DNA of 64,000 nt from Spirochaetia bacterium. Lineage in GTDB: Bacteria; Spirochaetota; Spirochaetia; DSM-16054; Sediminispirochaetaceae. This document shows, piece after piece, positions 61,504-64,000 of the stretch (position 1 is the first letter of the stretch; each line of letters opens with the position of its first letter). The notes below the pieces were generated by a model. It did not search any database. It was not told the DNA's origin and saw only the letters and a list, made by a program, of their open reading frames with translations. The position numbers and the translations under genes are program-made. The stretch lies in assembly GCA_034520965.1 (NCBI GenBank), contig JAXHMY010000002.1, positions 64,001-128,000 of the forward strand, given 5' to 3'.

Positions 61504-62529
61504 ATGGATAACACACAATACTTAGACGGTTCATTCGACAGCCAGGAAGATTCTCAGGAACAGCTGCTGCGGCCCCACTATCTGCGCGATTTTCAGGGAC
61601 AGGAAGCGCTAAAGGAAAATTTGGGAGTGTTTATCACTGCCGCCCGTGAACGAGGAGAAAGCCTGGACCATGTTTTTTTAAGCGGCCCTCCGGGCCTTGG
61701 AAAGACCACTCTGGCCGGGATTATGGCCAACGAAATGGGGGCGGACTTTAAGGTAACCTCCGCGCCTGCCCTGGAGAAACCGAAAGATATGGCCGGCATC
61801 CTGACCACTATGACCGAAAATTCCGTGTTTTTTATCGATGAAATTCATCGTCTTAAACCGGCCCTGGAAGAGATGCTCTACATAGCCATGGAGGATTATG
61901 AAATCGACTGGGTAGTCGGCCAAGGTCCATCCGCCCGTACCATGCGCATTCCGATTCCCGAATTTACACTGATAGGAGCGACTACCAAAGCCGGACAGGT
62001 GGCGGGGCCGCTTTACAGCCGCTTTGGTATCTCCGTACGGATGGACTTTTATACTCCCGAAGATATCGCCCGAATTATCCGCAGAACCGCCTCCATCCTT
62101 CACGTTGATATTCAAGAAGGTTCCATCGAGCAGCTGGCCGGCAGCTCCCGGGGTACCCCGCGGGTTGCCAACCGACTGCTGCGCAGAATGCGTGACTATG
62201 CCCAGGTGTTAGCCAACGGTAAAATTGACTCCCAGGTAGTAACGGAGGGGTTGAAACGCCTTGAAATTGACCACTTCGGTTTGGAGAAACACGACCGGGA
62301 GATACTGCGCACTATTATCCAAAACTACCACGGCGGGCCGGTGGGTGCCGAAACCCTTGCAATTTCTGTGGGAGAAGCAATCGAATCATTAGAGGACTTT
62401 TACGAGCCTTACCTGATTCAGCGCGGTTTTTTGCAACGAACCCCCCGAGGCCGTATGGTCACCGATTTAGCCTATTCCCATCTCAATTTGCACAAGAGGA
62501 ACAATGAAGACCAAGACCTTCTCTTTTGA
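61504..62529 (+). CDS. ruvB: Holliday junction helicase RuvB
   Basis: [41 protein letters not shown]. Confidence 0.97.
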   Translation: MDNTQYLDGSFDSQEDSQEQLLRPHYLRDFQGQEALKENLGVFITAARERGESLDHVFLSGPPGLGKTTLAGIMANEMGADFKVTSAPALEKPKDMAGILTTMTENSVFFIDEIHRLKPALEEMLYIAMEDYEIDWVVGQGPSARTMRIPIPEFTLIGATTKAGQVAGPLYSRFGISVRMDFYTPEDIARIIRRTASILHVDIQEGSIEQLAGSSRGTPRVANRLLRRMRDYAQVLANGKIDSQVVTEGLKRLEIDHFGLEKHDREILRTIIQNYHGGPVGAETLAISVGEAIESLEDFYEPYLIQRGFLQRTPRGRMVTDLAYSHLNLHKRNNEDQDLLF

Positions 62530-63520
62530 GCTGCCGGAGGAGCTGATTGCACAACACCCGGCGGAAAAACGGGGCAGCAGTCGTTTGATGCGGGTACAGC
62601 GCAAAACTAAAACTATTAGTCATCACAATGTACAAGAACTTCCTGAACTACTGCCGGAGAATGCCTTATTGGTCATGAATAACTCCCGGGTCCGGAAGGC
62701 GCGCATATACGGAATTACCGAACACGGTGGAAAGGTCGAGTTTTTGTTAATTGAACCACGCGGTTCAGGTAAATGGAAGGCGATGGTCTCCAAAGCAAAA
62801 AAACAGAAACCCGGACGTAGCTATCATTTTCCGGGAGAAGTACGTGCGCAGATCATAGATGTTGAGGATGAGTTTAGAATCATGGAGTTCTCGCCGGAAA
62901 TAGACGATGAGTATCTGGACCTTTACGGCCATATGCCTCTGCCGCCGTATATCCACAGGACAGATACCTCAGAAGACAGCAACCGCTATCAAACCGTCTA
63001 TGCAAGTGAAACCGGCTCGGTGGCAGCTCCTACCGCCGGACTGCACCTTACCGATCACATACTCCAGCAATTAGCCGCAAAGGGAATCGAGCAGGCCCAT
63101 GTTACCCTGCATGTGGGAATCGGCACTTTCCTGCCGATACGCACCGAAGAGGTAGAGGCTCATAAAATGCATAGCGAAGTATATACGATTCCCCGGGAAA
63201 CCGCCGAGTTGGTAAACCGGGCTAAACAGGACGGGCGCCCCGTGTGTGCAGTGGGAACAACTTCGGTTCGAACCCTCGAATCGGCCTGGAAAGACGGAGC
63301 CCTCGAGTCCGGAGATGGAAGCACTGAACTGTTCATTTATCCGGGTTATCAATTCAAAGTCGTGGATCAGATGCTGACAAATTTCCATACACCCGAGTCG
63401 AGCCTATTAGTAATGGTGTCGGCCTTTGCGGGGACTCAGTTTATGGAGCGAGCTTATGCGGAGGCCATCCAGGAGAGGTACCGATTTTTTTCCTACGGCG
63501 ATGCAATGCTGATTCAGTAG
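62504..63520 (+). CDS. queA: S-adenosylmethionine:tRNA ribosyltransferase-isomerase
   Basis: [53 protein letters not shown]. Confidence 0.97.
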   Translation: MKTKTFSFELPEELIAQHPAEKRGSSRLMRVQRKTKTISHHNVQELPELLPENALLVMNNSRVRKARIYGITEHGGKVEFLLIEPRGSGKWKAMVSKAKKQKPGRSYHFPGEVRAQIIDVEDEFRIMEFSPEIDDEYLDLYGHMPLPPYIHRTDTSEDSNRYQTVYASETGSVAAPTAGLHLTDHILQQLAAKGIEQAHVTLHVGIGTFLPIRTEEVEAHKMHSEVYTIPRETAELVNRAKQDGRPVCAVGTTSVRTLESAWKDGALESGDGSTELFIYPGYQFKVVDQMLTNFHTPESSLLVMVSAFAGTQFMERAYAEAIQERYRFFSYGDAMLIQ

Positions 63521-64000
63521 GTATTCTCATCCATAGCTTCAAAATCAAGCCGCACCTTGCTCAAACGTTGTAAATCCTTGTGGATAATCTCCTGATAATC
63601 CAGGTCGCCGGAACTGATGCGGAAGCGCTCGTCCTCCCAGGCCTGAACTTCCTCCAGATGTATATAGGGCATTTTCTCCAGCTGAGCCCACCAAAGCAGC
63701 GCTTCTTCCCAGTAGTGCAGGGCTGTTTCATAATAGTGTTCGGCAATTTCCAGGCTTTCCAAATTTTGATCTTTCCAGGGCTGGTTGTAAAAGTAGGCGA
63801 CCCGTTTATCATATTCGGAACCCCATAAACGGTACTGTTTTACCATTTCCAGATTCACGTGCATTTTAAATAATGAACGGTACCGGCTCCACTCTTGCTG
63901 GTCGTCGATGGTCGCCATTGCATTGAGAGGGTTTACAAAGGGCCGTTTCAAGGCACGCTCCAGATACCAGATGTTTTCCTTAAAATCTTCAGGGTATTGA
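63514..64000 (-). CDS. Hypothetical protein, 5'-truncated by the window edge
   Basis: Frame stays open to the edge (…QYPEDFKENIWYLERALKRPFVNPLNA…). Confidence 0.7.
   Translation of the reverse strand, partial: QYPEDFKENIWYLERALKRPFVNPLNAMATIDDQQEWSRYRSLFKMHVNLEMVKQYRLWGSEYDKRVAYFYNQPWKDQNLESLEIAEHYYETALHYWEEALLWWAQLEKMPYIHLEEVQAWEDERFRISSGDLDYQEIIHKDLQRLSKVRLDFEAMDENTY

Overview
Core chromosomal region of a spirochaete (cfpA, a TP0733-type beta-barrel and a pallilysin-related lipoprotein point to Spirochaetia). It carries about 50 mostly housekeeping genes: phoH-7TM/HD-ybeY-corC, gap-pgk-tpiA-secG, nusB, map, htrA, folD, purH-like, miaB, cfpA-X-'ppdK', purA, rlmKL, ssrA-smpB, lepB, hemW, yebC-ruvCAB-queA. 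The only mobile element is a 1.5-kb IS110/IS1111-type element (6614-8109). It is inserted through a CT core into a palindromic REP-like repeat, and its 3' non-coding region holds a recognisable bridge/seek-RNA whose guide segments match its own target flanks; an unoccupied exact copy of the target lies at 51579-51592. The most intriguing locus is the cfpA cluster. Its 'pyruvate phosphate dikinase' has lost the ATP-grasp catalytic residues but keeps the phospho-His and PEP sites, and the gene just upstream ends in an HPr-like domain with a His15 equivalent, which suggests an undescribed PEP-dependent phosphorelay next to the cytoplasmic filament gene. Two families of dispersed palindromic repeats occur in intergenic DNA. 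Many single-base indels in homopolymers split genes and are probably sequencing artefacts. All assignments were made by eye from motifs, with no database searches.
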